Numbered from the stretch's first letter, positions 9,684-19,860 are shown. The stretch is DNA of 64,000 bases from Leptonemataceae bacterium (GCA_965227295.1 OZ245742.1:5696001-5760000), one strand, 5' to 3'. The notes: a model not told the origin generated them from the sequence alone. Made by a program: numbers and translations.

Positions 9684-10181
9684 CTAAAACTCCAGCGTGG
9701 CCTTGCCGTAGTAATCAGGGGGAGCGTCGGGGTTCAAAGCGAAGGCCGTTTCGTAGGCTTCCAGCGCTTCCGACAACCGGCCCAGGTTGCGGAGTACGTG
9801 ACCGCGACCGTAGTGCGCGAGGCTGTGCGCGGGATCCAGGGCCACCGCGGCCTCGTAGGCCTGCAGGGCTTCGGGCAACATGCCCAGGTACCGAAAGACA
9901 TGGCCGCGGCCGAGGTGCGGCAGGCAGTAACTCTGATCCAGGCGAATGGCCGTGCCGTAGGATTCCAGGGCGCCGTGAGGTAAATTCAACAGATACAGAA
10001 CGTTGCCGCGGCCGTTATAGAAAGGGGCCCGGGTGGGCTGGAGCCGAATCGTCTCGTCAAAAATTTCCAGGGCCTGGAGGGCCTCCCCGCGATTCGCGAG
10101 GCTGACCGCTTCCTGATAAATATCCTCAATATTTGCCTGCATCTCTACCATCGCCGTTCCTCTTCCGGTTAAATGCCGCAT
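9684..10181 (-). CDS. tetratricopeptide repeat protein
   Basis: 34-aa repeats (FYNGRGNVL, HLGRGHVF, HYGRGHVL, YYGKA); true start probably 10151 or 10142. Confidence 0.85.
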   Translation of the reverse strand: MRHLTGRGTAMVEMQANIEDIYQEAVSLANRGEALQALEIFDETIRLQPTRAPFYNGRGNVLYLLNLPHGALESYGTAIRLDQSYCLPHLGRGHVFRYLGMLPEALQAYEAAVALDPAHSLAHYGRGHVLRNLGRLSEALEAYETAFALNPDAPPDYYGKATLEF

Positions 10182-10305
10182 TCCCCGTGTTTCACGACTA
10201 ACTTTTAGTATTTGTGTTTTTGTTAGATTTTTTGCATGAGCTTGAATGCTTCTGTCACCGGGGCCGGGGACAGAAGAATCGGCAAGATTAATTATGATTG
10301 GCTAT

Positions 10306-10336
10306 AAAAAAAATGCCCCTTCGTGCGAAGGGGCAT
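10306..10336 (-). terminator. rho-independent terminator closing the eCIS operon
   Basis: Minus strand ATGCCCCTTC-GCAC-GAAGGGGCAT followed by a T run, ~80 bp after the stop at 10418. Confidence 0.85.
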
Positions 10337-10417
10337 ACTTTCTGTGCGGGCGAACGCAACCGGCGGTTTCCACCCCGCTTCAATACTACGCGCCGCCCGG
10401 CTTCGAACGGGCCGGAA

Positions 10418-12670
10418 TCATTCTGCGTCGACGCGCGGCACGACGAAGAAGACGCCTGCTTCTTTTCCGAACCGCAGGTACTCGACAATGTTCGTTCGCA
10501 GGTTGCCTTCGCGCTGGGCCTCTTTCAAATGATAGAGGGCGCCCATCTCCGATCCGTCCTCCGCCCCGGTCCGAATCTCTTCCGGTACATCTTCCCGCAG
10601 ACGCATGTACGCCGGATGGCCGAAGTCCGTGGTTACGAAAATCGGACGCACCCGCTCGCGCACGATGGACTCTTCGGTAAAGAGCGTATGCGGTCCTTCG
10701 CCCTGGTTCCAAAGGTTGACGGCCAGGCCGGGCTGGCAGCGGAACCGGCGCGGGGTCAGAGAATTGTCGGCGATGCTGCTGTAACGGATGCATCCGCTCT
10801 GGCGACGCTCGGCATCGATGATGCCCTGGAAGATCGAGTTCTCTGCTTCGAGATAACGCACGTGGGTTTCACCGAGAATGGTCGTCGCCTCGATGTCGGC
10901 GCGACTGCGCTCCGCATCTACGGCGCGTCCGCTGTGAGCGTGCACAATGCTGTCCACGAGCACCAGAGCGGCGGTGGACGTGCCGAACGCAAGTTGCGCG
11001 GCGATGCTGCGTTCAAAAACAACGGTCAGGTTCTCGTTGTATGTACCGGCCACGTTCGGTACGGCGTTCGCCTGCACGGAGAGCACGCCCTCCCCGGAAT
11101 TGGAACCGGTCAGCGTCGAATGCGCGAACCGCAAGCGCCCTAAGTTTCCCTGTACCACAGTTAACGCGCCTTCCACCAGCAGGCCGTCGCACAGCAAACG
11201 CCCCGGCGTGCGACTTTCCGCCGGCGCCGTTCCTTCCACTTCGATGGAACCGACAAGGTGCGGTCGCAGGCCGGCCGGCACCATGACTCCGGTCCGGCGC
11301 TCGCCGGCGATTACGTTGGGAATCTCGCCCGTCACGGGCCAGTCCGCCGCGGCAATCATGAGGCTGGAGCCGTCTTGCATAACGATGCGCGACGCGGCGG
11401 TGAGATCCTCCGCGTAGCTGGAGTTGTCCATGATCGTAATCAGCCCCACGGTACCGGCGGCCCCGGCGTTCCAGGCCGCAACGGCCTCGCCCAGGGTCGC
11501 ATAGATCGTTTCCGTCCCCACCGGCGTATGACTCTTCGAAACGCCGACGTGCCAGGTAACGCTGTCCAGGTCCAGGGCCTCGTCCACGGAGGCGCGACGG
11601 TTGTAGGGGCCGCCGCCGAGGTCGCCGCTGAATCCGTAAGAGTACGTTACGCGTACGTTAGAGGGAGTAGCCGATTCCGGAAAAGCGATGCGACCGAGCA
11701 CCGGGTCCACGGCGACACTGATCGGTTGATCCACGCTTTGTTCGACGCCGTCCTCGTAGTAGATGTATGTCTTCGTAGACGGCGGTTTTTCCCAGGCGCT
11801 CAGATCCGTAACCAGGATCTCCGCCGGAGGAATCACCGTACCGTTGTCGCTTACGACCAGGACCTCGTCGTCTTCGGCGAAGTACAGATACTCGCGGGTG
11901 ATGTCGCCGTCCGGATCGCGCAGGTTTTCGGTTTCGTCGTAGAGCGGGCGACGACGCAGGGGTGTTGGCAGATTCACCTCGCCGGCGAAACTGCTGATGC
12001 TCTCTTCGGTGCGCGGTCGGTTAAACAACGGCAGGTCCATGCCGAGAGGACTGAAGTTATAACAGCCGGGTTGGACTTCAAAGGCCTCGGCGCTACGCAC
12101 CTCGTAGGACGGCACCGGCCAGACGTAGATGCCGACGTTCGGAATGTTGTAGGCCCCGCCACCTTCCGGGCGACGTACATCCACGGTATGCGCCTGGGTA
12201 TCGAAGGCGGTGTACACGAGATCCATGGCATTCGCGTCCCGAATGTTCGCGGTGCCGCCTTTACCGATGCGCGGGTGATTGATGTTCTGGGTCGCACCGA
12301 GCAGCTCGAAAAACTCCACGACCTTCGAAGGCCAGCCGGTGGCGTCCCGGGCCAGTTGTTCGAGCACGGCCGCGGTACCTTTGCGGCGACGATACGCGAG
12401 CGTATTCGCCACGAAGGCGCGCTGACTGAAGATACCGGGAATCCCGGGATACAGACCGCGCAATCCCAACAGATCGCCCAGGTACGGGACGGCCCATTCC
12501 TCGCACGTCTCGACGAACCAGTTTTCGTAGAGGGTATCGAGATCGTCCTCGAAGATCTTCAGTTCTTCTTCCATGACCCCCAGGAGGGCGCGCAGGGGTT
12601 CTCCTTGCGCGGCGTCCCGGCGACGGTGCACGGCCGGTAATAGATTATAGAGTCTTTCGCTGGTTGCCAT
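10418..12670 (-). CDS. eCIS baseplate wedge protein (P2 gpI/T4 gp7-like N-terminus)
   Basis: LYNLLPAVHRRRD, W.VPYLGDLLG, RRRKGT...LE.LA...TGW; C-terminal GAEDGSEMG. Confidence 0.75.
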   Translation of the reverse strand: MATSERLYNLLPAVHRRRDAAQGEPLRALLGVMEEELKIFEDDLDTLYENWFVETCEEWAVPYLGDLLGLRGLYPGIPGIFSQRAFVANTLAYRRRKGTAAVLEQLARDATGWPSKVVEFFELLGATQNINHPRIGKGGTANIRDANAMDLVYTAFDTQAHTVDVRRPEGGGAYNIPNVGIYVWPVPSYEVRSAEAFEVQPGCYNFSPLGMDLPLFNRPRTEESISSFAGEVNLPTPLRRRPLYDETENLRDPDGDITREYLYFAEDDEVLVVSDNGTVIPPAEILVTDLSAWEKPPSTKTYIYYEDGVEQSVDQPISVAVDPVLGRIAFPESATPSNVRVTYSYGFSGDLGGGPYNRRASVDEALDLDSVTWHVGVSKSHTPVGTETIYATLGEAVAAWNAGAAGTVGLITIMDNSSYAEDLTAASRIVMQDGSSLMIAAADWPVTGEIPNVIAGERRTGVMVPAGLRPHLVGSIEVEGTAPAESRTPGRLLCDGLLVEGALTVVQGNLGRLRFAHSTLTGSNSGEGVLSVQANAVPNVAGTYNENLTVVFERSIAAQLAFGTSTAALVLVDSIVHAHSGRAVDAERSRADIEATTILGETHVRYLEAENSIFQGIIDAERRQSGCIRYSSIADNSLTPRRFRCQPGLAVNLWNQGEGPHTLFTEESIVRERVRPIFVTTDFGHPAYMRLREDVPEEIRTGAEDGSEMGALYHLKEAQREGNLRTNIVEYLRFGKEAGVFFVVPRVDAE

Positions 12671-12681
12671 GTCGGATGTCC

Positions 12682-15600
12682 TTAAATGAATTGCATGAGA
12701 ATGATTCCGGCCGTGTCCTCGTTCAGGAGGAGCATCTGTGCCGGCAGGAAGTCCCCGGTGCTGCCGTCCCGGCGCGCCAGTTCCGCCGCCAGGGTGGAGT
12801 CCACCGCCGCCCGGTATTCATAGACGTTCAGGCGGCCGCGTTCCTTCACCACGGCCAGGCCGTCCGCCGCGTCCGGTTCCCGGATCGTCCAGCGCAGACC
12901 GCGTTTTTCCTGGAAGATCAGCGCGTCCGTGGTGGGCACGTCGAAATCCGTGAGACCGAGTTCGGTGACCTTCGCCTGGATGTTGCTTTGCAGATCCGTC
13001 GTTACCGTGCTGGAACTCTCGAGGTAGTTCTGATTCGGTTCGATATCCAGGCCGAAGATGACGCTGGACGTAAGATACAGCTGATCGAGGTCCACGGCCT
13101 CGACGCCGTCCACGGATTCCAGGACCGTCACGATTTCCGCCGCGGAGACCTCCTGGCCGAAGCCGCGATTCCGAAACGCGAAGTGATTGCGCAAGGCCGT
13201 GTTGGCCGCGGCGAAGACTCGCTCCGGTATGTAACTTGCGTCGATTAGAAGTTTGGCCGCGATATTGAAGCGCAGCGGTTCGTAGGACGCCACGCGGACC
13301 GGCTGAAAGGGGTCGCGCACGGAATCGATACTGCGGATCAAATTCTGGTACAGCCCGGAATTCGTGGCCACGCTGCTGCCGCCGTCCCCGGCCACCGTAA
13401 TGTAGACGAGCTGGATCTCATCCTGCCACAGGCTTACGGCCCGGGCCTTACCGATGCCGCCGAAACCGCGGGCGAAGTTTTCGAAATCTTTCAACGAAAC
13501 AATGCGATCCAGGGTCAGCACCGAAAACGGGGCCCGCTCCCGCGCCTCGCCGAGGTCCTCCGGGGCCGAAGCTCCGGTGGCCGGCAACGGATTGTCCACT
13601 TCCGCAATGCCCACGGGCTGCGTTTGCATGAGTCGCAGGGTATTCGCGGAGACCTGACCGTCCGGACCGATGCCCTTGCGATAGGCAGCGGAAATGTTTT
13701 CGATTCCCGTGGGCAGACGTTCGCCGTTCTCGCCGTCACCGAAGATGATGCGAATGGTACCGTCATCGTCGTGGCGGACCGCGTACTTGCGATCCCGGGC
13801 GCCGAGATCGTACAGTGACGGGCTCTCTTCCCAGAGGACGTCATTGACGCGAACCTCCAGGCTGGTCTCCGTTCCCGTCGCCGTCGGCGCGGATACGTAG
13901 GTCAGCGGCGGTTCGCGCAGCGCGAAGACCTGATTCTTCAGCGACGCATCGCCGGAGCCGAGAACCTCGGAGATCGTTTCGCCGTGAGTCGCCGCGACGA
14001 CGTTCGCCTGGATCGTCACCGTAAGTCTATCGTAGCTGAAGTTAAGCGGAGCTTCGAATTGAAGCGTGCTGTACTTCTGGCTTTGCAGTACGTTCTTCAA
14101 AATTACGGCTTCGCTTACGATCTCGTCGTCCTCGTCCGCGGCCAAAGTGACGAAGGGCTCCGCGCCCGGGGCGACGGTGACCGTACCGATGAAACCCTTA
14201 TCCGTTTCCAGGGCCCAGACCGTTTCACCGGCCAGGGTCGTGACCGGGCTTTCGAGTACGGTGAGGATGTCACCGGGCACGAGGCTGATCGTCTGTGAAC
14301 CGTCGTCGGAAATCATGCGCGGCCGATCGATCTCCTGCAGATCTTCCACGACCTGCAGTCGACTGCGTTTGCCGCTGACGATCAGCACCCGACCGGTCTC
14401 AAGCTCCGTAACGATGCCGGCCAGATCGATCTGATCGCCGCCGACGACTTCCGCGCGCTGGATCGGTGCGGCGGCCAATGTCAACTCTTCACTCTGCAAG
14501 TATACGGTGGTGTCGCGCAGGCCGTAGTTGCCGAGGCCGGTCGGCGTATCCAGTTGCAGACGACTCAACCGTTCGCTCAGGAGAAAGTCCTGGCGATTCA
14601 TCGTTAAGTTCTGTTCAATGCGATATAAGCGACGGCCGGCGCTGTTTTCGAGCACCACCCATCCGCCGGCGAGGGCCTGGGTATAGGTGGTGTCCAGGTC
14701 CACGTACGAATCGAAGATCTTAAAGTCCGGCCATTCCTCGGGATAATCGTCCGGAAGCGGAATCGCGAAGCGCAGTTCCACCGGATAACCGGCCTGCTCG
14801 TTCAGAAGCGTGAGCTGGATCTCGTCGTTCGCCGCGGAAAGAACGCGCGCATCGTCCGCCGTATACACGGCCTCGTTCACCGCGAGATCGTGTCCCTCGA
14901 AGACCCGGGCTTCCGGCCAGATGCTGTCGTCCGCCGTCTTTAATTGCCATTCCTGCACCGAGCCGTTCTGCCCGCCGATCAAAATACGATCCGGCCAATC
15001 ACCGTTTGTCGCCGTGCCAATCGTACCGGCCGTGCCCGGAAAAGCGACACTGTTTGCCGGAGCATTCGCCACGATAAAACTGATCGTGGCGTCGTCCTGG
15101 AGCCGGCGGATGACCAGGTTCCGGGCGGCGTCCACGAACGCCAGGTAGGCGTTGTCCGCGGATACGGCGAGGTCGTAGATCACTCCGTAGTCGCCGTCGG
15201 TGAAAGTAGCACCGGCCGCGGCGCTGGAGCCGTTCCAGGTCCAGAAGCTCACGGTCTTGTTGCTGCCGGCCGCAACGATGATGGAACCGCCGCCGTCGGA
15301 GTACCACTTCACCGTGTTTACGGGACTTGTATCGACGACGATCGTGTGCACCAGCGCCCCGTTGCTGCGATTCCATACACGCACCTTTCCGTCCGTGTAG
15401 GCGCCGGCAATGTAGGCGTCGTCCGGAGAAAACGTGACGTCGTACACATAGACCGTAGATCGATCTTCGTCATCGAGGGGGATCGTCGCATCGAACATGC
15501 TTTGCAACGGAGCCGTACTCGTCCCCGTGTTCCAGCTCCACAGCGTTCCGTCAAGACCGCCGGCGGCCACGGTGGTGTTGTCGCCGGACACGGCGACCGC

Positions 15601-16632
15601 CATGATCGCCTGCGCCGTCGGCGCGGGATCGGGCGCGCCGAAGTACGGATCAAACTTCGTCGGTGAACCGCCGCTGAGATTCCATTTGTAGACCAGGCCG
15701 TCGCCGCCGCCGACGAAGAAAGCCGTCGTCGATAACAGGGCGACCGCGTTGCCGTTCAAGGAAGTCGGCCGGATATTATCGCGTTCCTCTTGCGTCAGAT
15801 CGTTCCAGTAGGGAGCGTTGAAGCCGAACAACAACGCGCTCTGCCGGAAGACGAAGACGCGCGGCTTCGCGGGCAGGCGGGCGTCGTCTAACATCGTACT
15901 CCAGGAAACTACGGTGGTGTCCTCTTCGTCGAGGACGGTGACCTTGCTTACGGTGCGCAGTTCGAAGACGTCGTAATCTTCCGGCGCGGCGGCGGCTTCG
16001 CGTTCGCTACCGACGATCAGCAATAGATCGCCCTGCTGGATCAAAACATCGAGGCCGGCGAGGTACAGCGAAGTCGTTGTACCGTCGATCGTTTGCGCCA
16101 CGTTGATCTGCGCGCCGAGAGAGTTGTACTCGTAACGAGCGATGAAGTCTTCCGACGTTTCGAAGGTTTGCGGGGATTGATCCTGGCCCGGAATGGAAAG
16201 GACCTGAGTGCCGCGCGGTACGAGAACCGTATCGGGGGCGTCTTCGCCTTCTTCGACGGAGAACGCAAGATACGTCGACGCGGCGACACCGGGCTTGAGT
16301 TCGTAACCGATGGACCGGGCCAGTTCCAGTACGGAGCGCCGTTCGCCGGCGGTACGCACGTAACCTTCGTTGGCGATTCGTTCCTGATAAAAGGTCAGCA
16401 CGTCCAGCGCCGACGACCAGGCATCCAGAAAGGCCACCGTCGGATCGTCCGCGGCGCGCGTGGTGAGCGCCTGCAACGGCCGCTCACCGGAAGGCGTCTC
16501 GTGCGACGCCAGCCGTGCCAGCATGCGCGCATAAAACGCCGAGTGCGTACCGATGCGATACTTAATCTTAGAAAGTCCGGGGCGATTGAAGCGTTCCGGT
16601 ACTTCCAGTTCGTCCGTTTGATCGGGCGTCAT
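12682..16632 (-). CDS. eCIS baseplate J-like assembly protein with internal WD40 propeller
   Basis: DVLTFYQERIANEG..RTA.ERRS, ANVVAATHGET, FGDG..G.RLPTG, DRIVSL.DFE.FA; WD40 repeats at about 14740-15765. Confidence 0.85.
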   Translation of the reverse strand: MTPDQTDELEVPERFNRPGLSKIKYRIGTHSAFYARMLARLASHETPSGERPLQALTTRAADDPTVAFLDAWSSALDVLTFYQERIANEGYVRTAGERRSVLELARSIGYELKPGVAASTYLAFSVEEGEDAPDTVLVPRGTQVLSIPGQDQSPQTFETSEDFIARYEYNSLGAQINVAQTIDGTTTSLYLAGLDVLIQQGDLLLIVGSEREAAAAPEDYDVFELRTVSKVTVLDEEDTTVVSWSTMLDDARLPAKPRVFVFRQSALLFGFNAPYWNDLTQEERDNIRPTSLNGNAVALLSTTAFFVGGGDGLVYKWNLSGGSPTKFDPYFGAPDPAPTAQAIMAVAVSGDNTTVAAGGLDGTLWSWNTGTSTAPLQSMFDATIPLDDEDRSTVYVYDVTFSPDDAYIAGAYTDGKVRVWNRSNGALVHTIVVDTSPVNTVKWYSDGGGSIIVAAGSNKTVSFWTWNGSSAAAGATFTDGDYGVIYDLAVSADNAYLAFVDAARNLVIRRLQDDATISFIVANAPANSVAFPGTAGTIGTATNGDWPDRILIGGQNGSVQEWQLKTADDSIWPEARVFEGHDLAVNEAVYTADDARVLSAANDEIQLTLLNEQAGYPVELRFAIPLPDDYPEEWPDFKIFDSYVDLDTTYTQALAGGWVVLENSAGRRLYRIEQNLTMNRQDFLLSERLSRLQLDTPTGLGNYGLRDTTVYLQSEELTLAAAPIQRAEVVGGDQIDLAGIVTELETGRVLIVSGKRSRLQVVEDLQEIDRPRMISDDGSQTISLVPGDILTVLESPVTTLAGETVWALETDKGFIGTVTVAPGAEPFVTLAADEDDEIVSEAVILKNVLQSQKYSTLQFEAPLNFSYDRLTVTIQANVVAATHGETISEVLGSGDASLKNQVFALREPPLTYVSAPTATGTETSLEVRVNDVLWEESPSLYDLGARDRKYAVRHDDDGTIRIIFGDGENGERLPTGIENISAAYRKGIGPDGQVSANTLRLMQTQPVGIAEVDNPLPATGASAPEDLGEARERAPFSVLTLDRIVSLKDFENFARGFGGIGKARAVSLWQDEIQLVYITVAGDGGSSVATNSGLYQNLIRSIDSVRDPFQPVRVASYEPLRFNIAAKLLIDASYIPERVFAAANTALRNHFAFRNRGFGQEVSAAEIVTVLESVDGVEAVDLDQLYLTSSVIFGLDIEPNQNYLESSSTVTTDLQSNIQAKVTELGLTDFDVPTTDALIFQEKRGLRWTIREPDAADGLAVVKERGRLNVYEYRAAVDSTLAAELARRDGSTGDFLPAQMLLLNEDTAGIILMQFI

Positions 16633-19118
16633 AATCCACCTTCCATGAGAAATTCGATTTTACCGTTTTCCGGAGCGTTCTGATCGTTATCGACTCGTAC
16701 GATTTCCAGACGCTCCATTTCGATCAGTCCTTCGGTGACCGTTTCCGTAACTTCACCCGGGGCAACATCAACGCCGAAGCGTACGAAACGCACCGTATCC
16801 ACGCGCTCCACGCCGGTGGTTTCCATCGCCGCGGCGATGATGTTCGACAGGTATACCGGCTCGCCGAAGGTATAGTTATCGGGGTGAAAGAAACCGCGGC
16901 TGCCGTCGGGAAGATCTTCACTGGAGAAGAGTTCGAGCAACGATTCTTTCACGGTACTCTTGAGATAACCGTCCTGGACCTGCACGCGCAGGATGATGTC
17001 CAGGCCGACGAAGTTCGGAGCCTCGATCTCCAGGTCGTGCCCGGTGAGTCGATACGGATCGATGAACGCGCGCAGTTCTTCTTTGAATGCATCGTCCACG
17101 TCCAGTCCGCCCTCGCGGTCGATGGACAGAAAGACCGTATGCCAGGAACCGGTCCAGCGCAGGGTCGCCTGGGCCTTCTGTACTTCCGGATGGCGTTCGG
17201 CAATGCGCACGTAATCTTCTTCCGTAACTGCTCTTTCCTGGCTCTTAAAGAAAGTCGGAGCGTACAACTTCACCTGGTCGATGGACTCCGGCTCGTAACC
17301 GCCGGAAGCCGGCAGCGGATTAAAGACGGCGCTCAGTCCGATCAGTTCGGTATCCGGATCGTCCACCACCACGTGGGCGAGGCTGCGCGCGCCGATGTTG
17401 CCGCTCCGCCCGTTGCCGATGCGATAACGCGCCTGAAAACGCGTTCCCGCCGGCGGGCGTTTGCCGAGAACGTTATCACCGAAACGCAGGACCGCCCGGC
17501 CGTCATCCTCGGTTTCCACGACGAAATCGGTGGAGAAACGATCGCTGTTTAAAAGATCGGGCCGGGCCGTCCATTCTTCGTCATCGTCATAGAGCCGGAC
17601 CGCCGGCTCGGCCAGACGCGTGTCCTGAACTGTTGCCTGGCCCGCCGCACGACGCAGCGCCGTTTCGTTGGAGTACGGCTGGCGCTGCGTAATGCGCGGC
17701 AAACGTAACTCAGGGCGATAGCGCGGTGTGTCTTCCGGAACCTCGGCGGGGATTAAGTCTTCATCGGGGATCGTCCGCCCGTGATCTGCAAGGACGACGT
17801 TCGCATAGGCCACGGTAATCGGCGCGAGCGTCGCGGACTCGGTTTCCACATCGCCGAGAAAGAGATCGAAGGGCAGTGCATCGCCCTTGTACCATTCGAT
17901 TTCGATGTAATCTTCGCCGTAGAGATCGTCGGTGCCGGGAGTGCCGTCGCGCTCCAGGCGTACGGCGTGGCGGCGATTCGGATTCGCGTCGAACGTGCGG
18001 CCGCTTTCGGGACTGCGCTTCTCTTCGAAGATGAGCACGTCGCCGGCCTTTAAGTTTATTTCCGTGGCACTTACGTTCGCTTTCAACACGGCGCTGGTGG
18101 CCCCGGCGGGCAGTACCGCCCGGGTTTCCCCCCAGGTATAAAACTCCAGTTCGTTGCGCGCCTCTTTGATTTCGATGGCAAACATCGTCTCAAACACGCG
18201 CGCCCCGCGACTTACCGCCGTACCGATCTGCGCCGACGCGATGCGCGCATCCCCCTCACCTTCGATCTTCGTGAGCAACTGCGTGCGCACGGGTAACACC
18301 GCGCCCTCGGCGTTCTGGCCGCCGACGCTCGTATCCACCTGCAGGGCGACCCAGGTTCGGGCGTTGCAGCCGTCGTGCATGGGATAGTCCAGAACCCGCG
18401 CGTGTCGCCGCACCGAAACCCGGCGACGCGCCGTGCCGAGATAGGCCTCGGTGGATACCGCATCCTGATAATAACTCATGTAATCGGCGGTGTACGCGAG
18501 GAGCTCGACGACGGCCACACCGGTGTCGGCGGCGTTACGCTCCGTCCATTCCGGAACGAGAGACGTCATGCGGTCTAACATCAACCGACGAAAACTTTGA
18601 TAGTCCTTCACCAGGTAATCGATGGCCGGCTCCTGCGGGCGCGCGGCGATCGCCACCTCGTCTTCTTCGCAGTCGAATTCGTTCGGGCATTCCACCTTGA
18701 ACGAAAACGCGACGCTGCTCAGAATGCGATCGATGCCCTCCGGCGGTTCGTCGCTGCGGCGATCGCGCACCAGGCGCAACGTATACTCGGAAAAATCGCC
18801 GGCCTTGTCCAGCTCCACCTCCACGTAACCGCGCACGTCCGCCCCGTCCACCGGGTCGGTGGTCGAGGTATCGATGACGACGTCCACGACCTCGATGTCC
18901 CGGATCCGCTGGCCGCCTTCGATGCGAACATTATCCTTCGTGAGTTCAATGGCGACGTCGAGGGATTTCAAGAAGTGCAGACGCAACTTCTTCTGGCGCA
19001 GGGAGTCCTGGACGCCCACCAACTCCAGGTCCAGGACTTCCAGGTAGTCGATGCCGTTGATCGTTGCGCTCTCAACGACCTTGCGCCGCCGTGATTCGTT
19101 ATCCGTGATGTATTGCAT
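16629..19118 (-). CDS. eCIS baseplate J-like assembly protein
   Basis: IDYL.KDY.SFRRLM, SYYQDAV.TEAYLGTAR.R.SVRRHAR, LRFGD, RAVTEEDY. Confidence 0.88.
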   Translation of the reverse strand: MQYITDNESRRRKVVESATINGIDYLEVLDLELVGVQDSLRQKKLRLHFLKSLDVAIELTKDNVRIEGGQRIRDIEVVDVVIDTSTTDPVDGADVRGYVEVELDKAGDFSEYTLRLVRDRRSDEPPEGIDRILSSVAFSFKVECPNEFDCEEDEVAIAARPQEPAIDYLVKDYQSFRRLMLDRMTSLVPEWTERNAADTGVAVVELLAYTADYMSYYQDAVSTEAYLGTARRRVSVRRHARVLDYPMHDGCNARTWVALQVDTSVGGQNAEGAVLPVRTQLLTKIEGEGDARIASAQIGTAVSRGARVFETMFAIEIKEARNELEFYTWGETRAVLPAGATSAVLKANVSATEINLKAGDVLIFEEKRSPESGRTFDANPNRRHAVRLERDGTPGTDDLYGEDYIEIEWYKGDALPFDLFLGDVETESATLAPITVAYANVVLADHGRTIPDEDLIPAEVPEDTPRYRPELRLPRITQRQPYSNETALRRAAGQATVQDTRLAEPAVRLYDDDEEWTARPDLLNSDRFSTDFVVETEDDGRAVLRFGDNVLGKRPPAGTRFQARYRIGNGRSGNIGARSLAHVVVDDPDTELIGLSAVFNPLPASGGYEPESIDQVKLYAPTFFKSQERAVTEEDYVRIAERHPEVQKAQATLRWTGSWHTVFLSIDREGGLDVDDAFKEELRAFIDPYRLTGHDLEIEAPNFVGLDIILRVQVQDGYLKSTVKESLLELFSSEDLPDGSRGFFHPDNYTFGEPVYLSNIIAAAMETTGVERVDTVRFVRFGVDVAPGEVTETVTEGLIEMERLEIVRVDNDQNAPENGKIEFLMEGGL

Positions 19119-19158
19119 GATTCTGCTCGTTCGTTATTTTCTTAAGTGTGCTCAACCG

Positions 19159-19515
19159 TTAATTAGAGACCGAGAACTCCTCGGTAACCCGTGTTTGATT
19201 CTGAAGTATGACGTACTGCACCGTGACCGTCAGAGTGGAATCCTCGGCGGCAACCCGCACGTCCTCGCAGCGTACGAAATCCCCCAGCCACTGCTGGATC
19301 GCTCCCTGCACCAGGAATTGCGTGGTGGACGCAAGCTCACCGCTGTTCGGCGCGAAGACCAATTGCATCAGGCCGCAGCCGAAGTCGGGTCGGTTCACGC
19401 GTTCGCCGGGCATCGTAAAGAGCAGTTGCTCGAGCATCTCTTTGATGTGGGCCTCGTACTCCGAGTCCGCCGTTTGGCCGTTGCCGTCGATTTGATAGGG
19501 GTACTTGATTTGCAT
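19159..19515 (-). CDS. GPW/gp25 family baseplate protein
   Basis: LFTMPGERVNRPDFGCGL. Confidence 0.92.
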   Translation of the reverse strand: MQIKYPYQIDGNGQTADSEYEAHIKEMLEQLLFTMPGERVNRPDFGCGLMQLVFAPNSGELASTTQFLVQGAIQQWLGDFVRCEDVRVAAEDSTLTVTVQYVILQNQTRVTEEFSVSN

Positions 19516-19536
19516 ATCGTCCTCTGTATTGCTCGT

Positions 19537-19860
19537 TTACTTGCCTTTTACTTTCGTCTGTCCCGCGTCGTCGCACTTCGCGCTGGCCCCCGTGGGGGTA
19601 CAGGAAGCGCGGAAGTCCTTTAAGAGGATCTTCTTTCCGCCGGCCTTGACCTTCGATGAACCGCTTGAAGGCGAGGCTTTCACGCACGGCCCGTTGGCGG
19701 CGATGGGCGGCGGCAAAGAACATCCGGAGACCATGTAACTCGTGGACTTCGGAATCACCTTCGAACCGTTCACCTTTACCTTCGCTACCTTCTCCGTGGC
19801 GGTACACGAACCCGAATGCGTACACTGCACGGTGGACGACGATGTCACCAGCTCCGGCAT
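19537..19860 (-). CDS. PAAR-like spike tip protein
   Basis: 107 aa; C.H.G start; six Cys; directly after the spike gene. Confidence 0.72.
   Translation of the reverse strand: MPELVTSSSTVQCTHSGSCTATEKVAKVKVNGSKVIPKSTSYMVSGCSLPPPIAANGPCVKASPSSGSSKVKAGGKKILLKDFRASCTPTGASAKCDDAGQTKVKGK

Noticed and set aside
11258..12640. 460-aa plus-strand ORF
   Set aside because: Antisense shadow of the baseplate gene; no motifs
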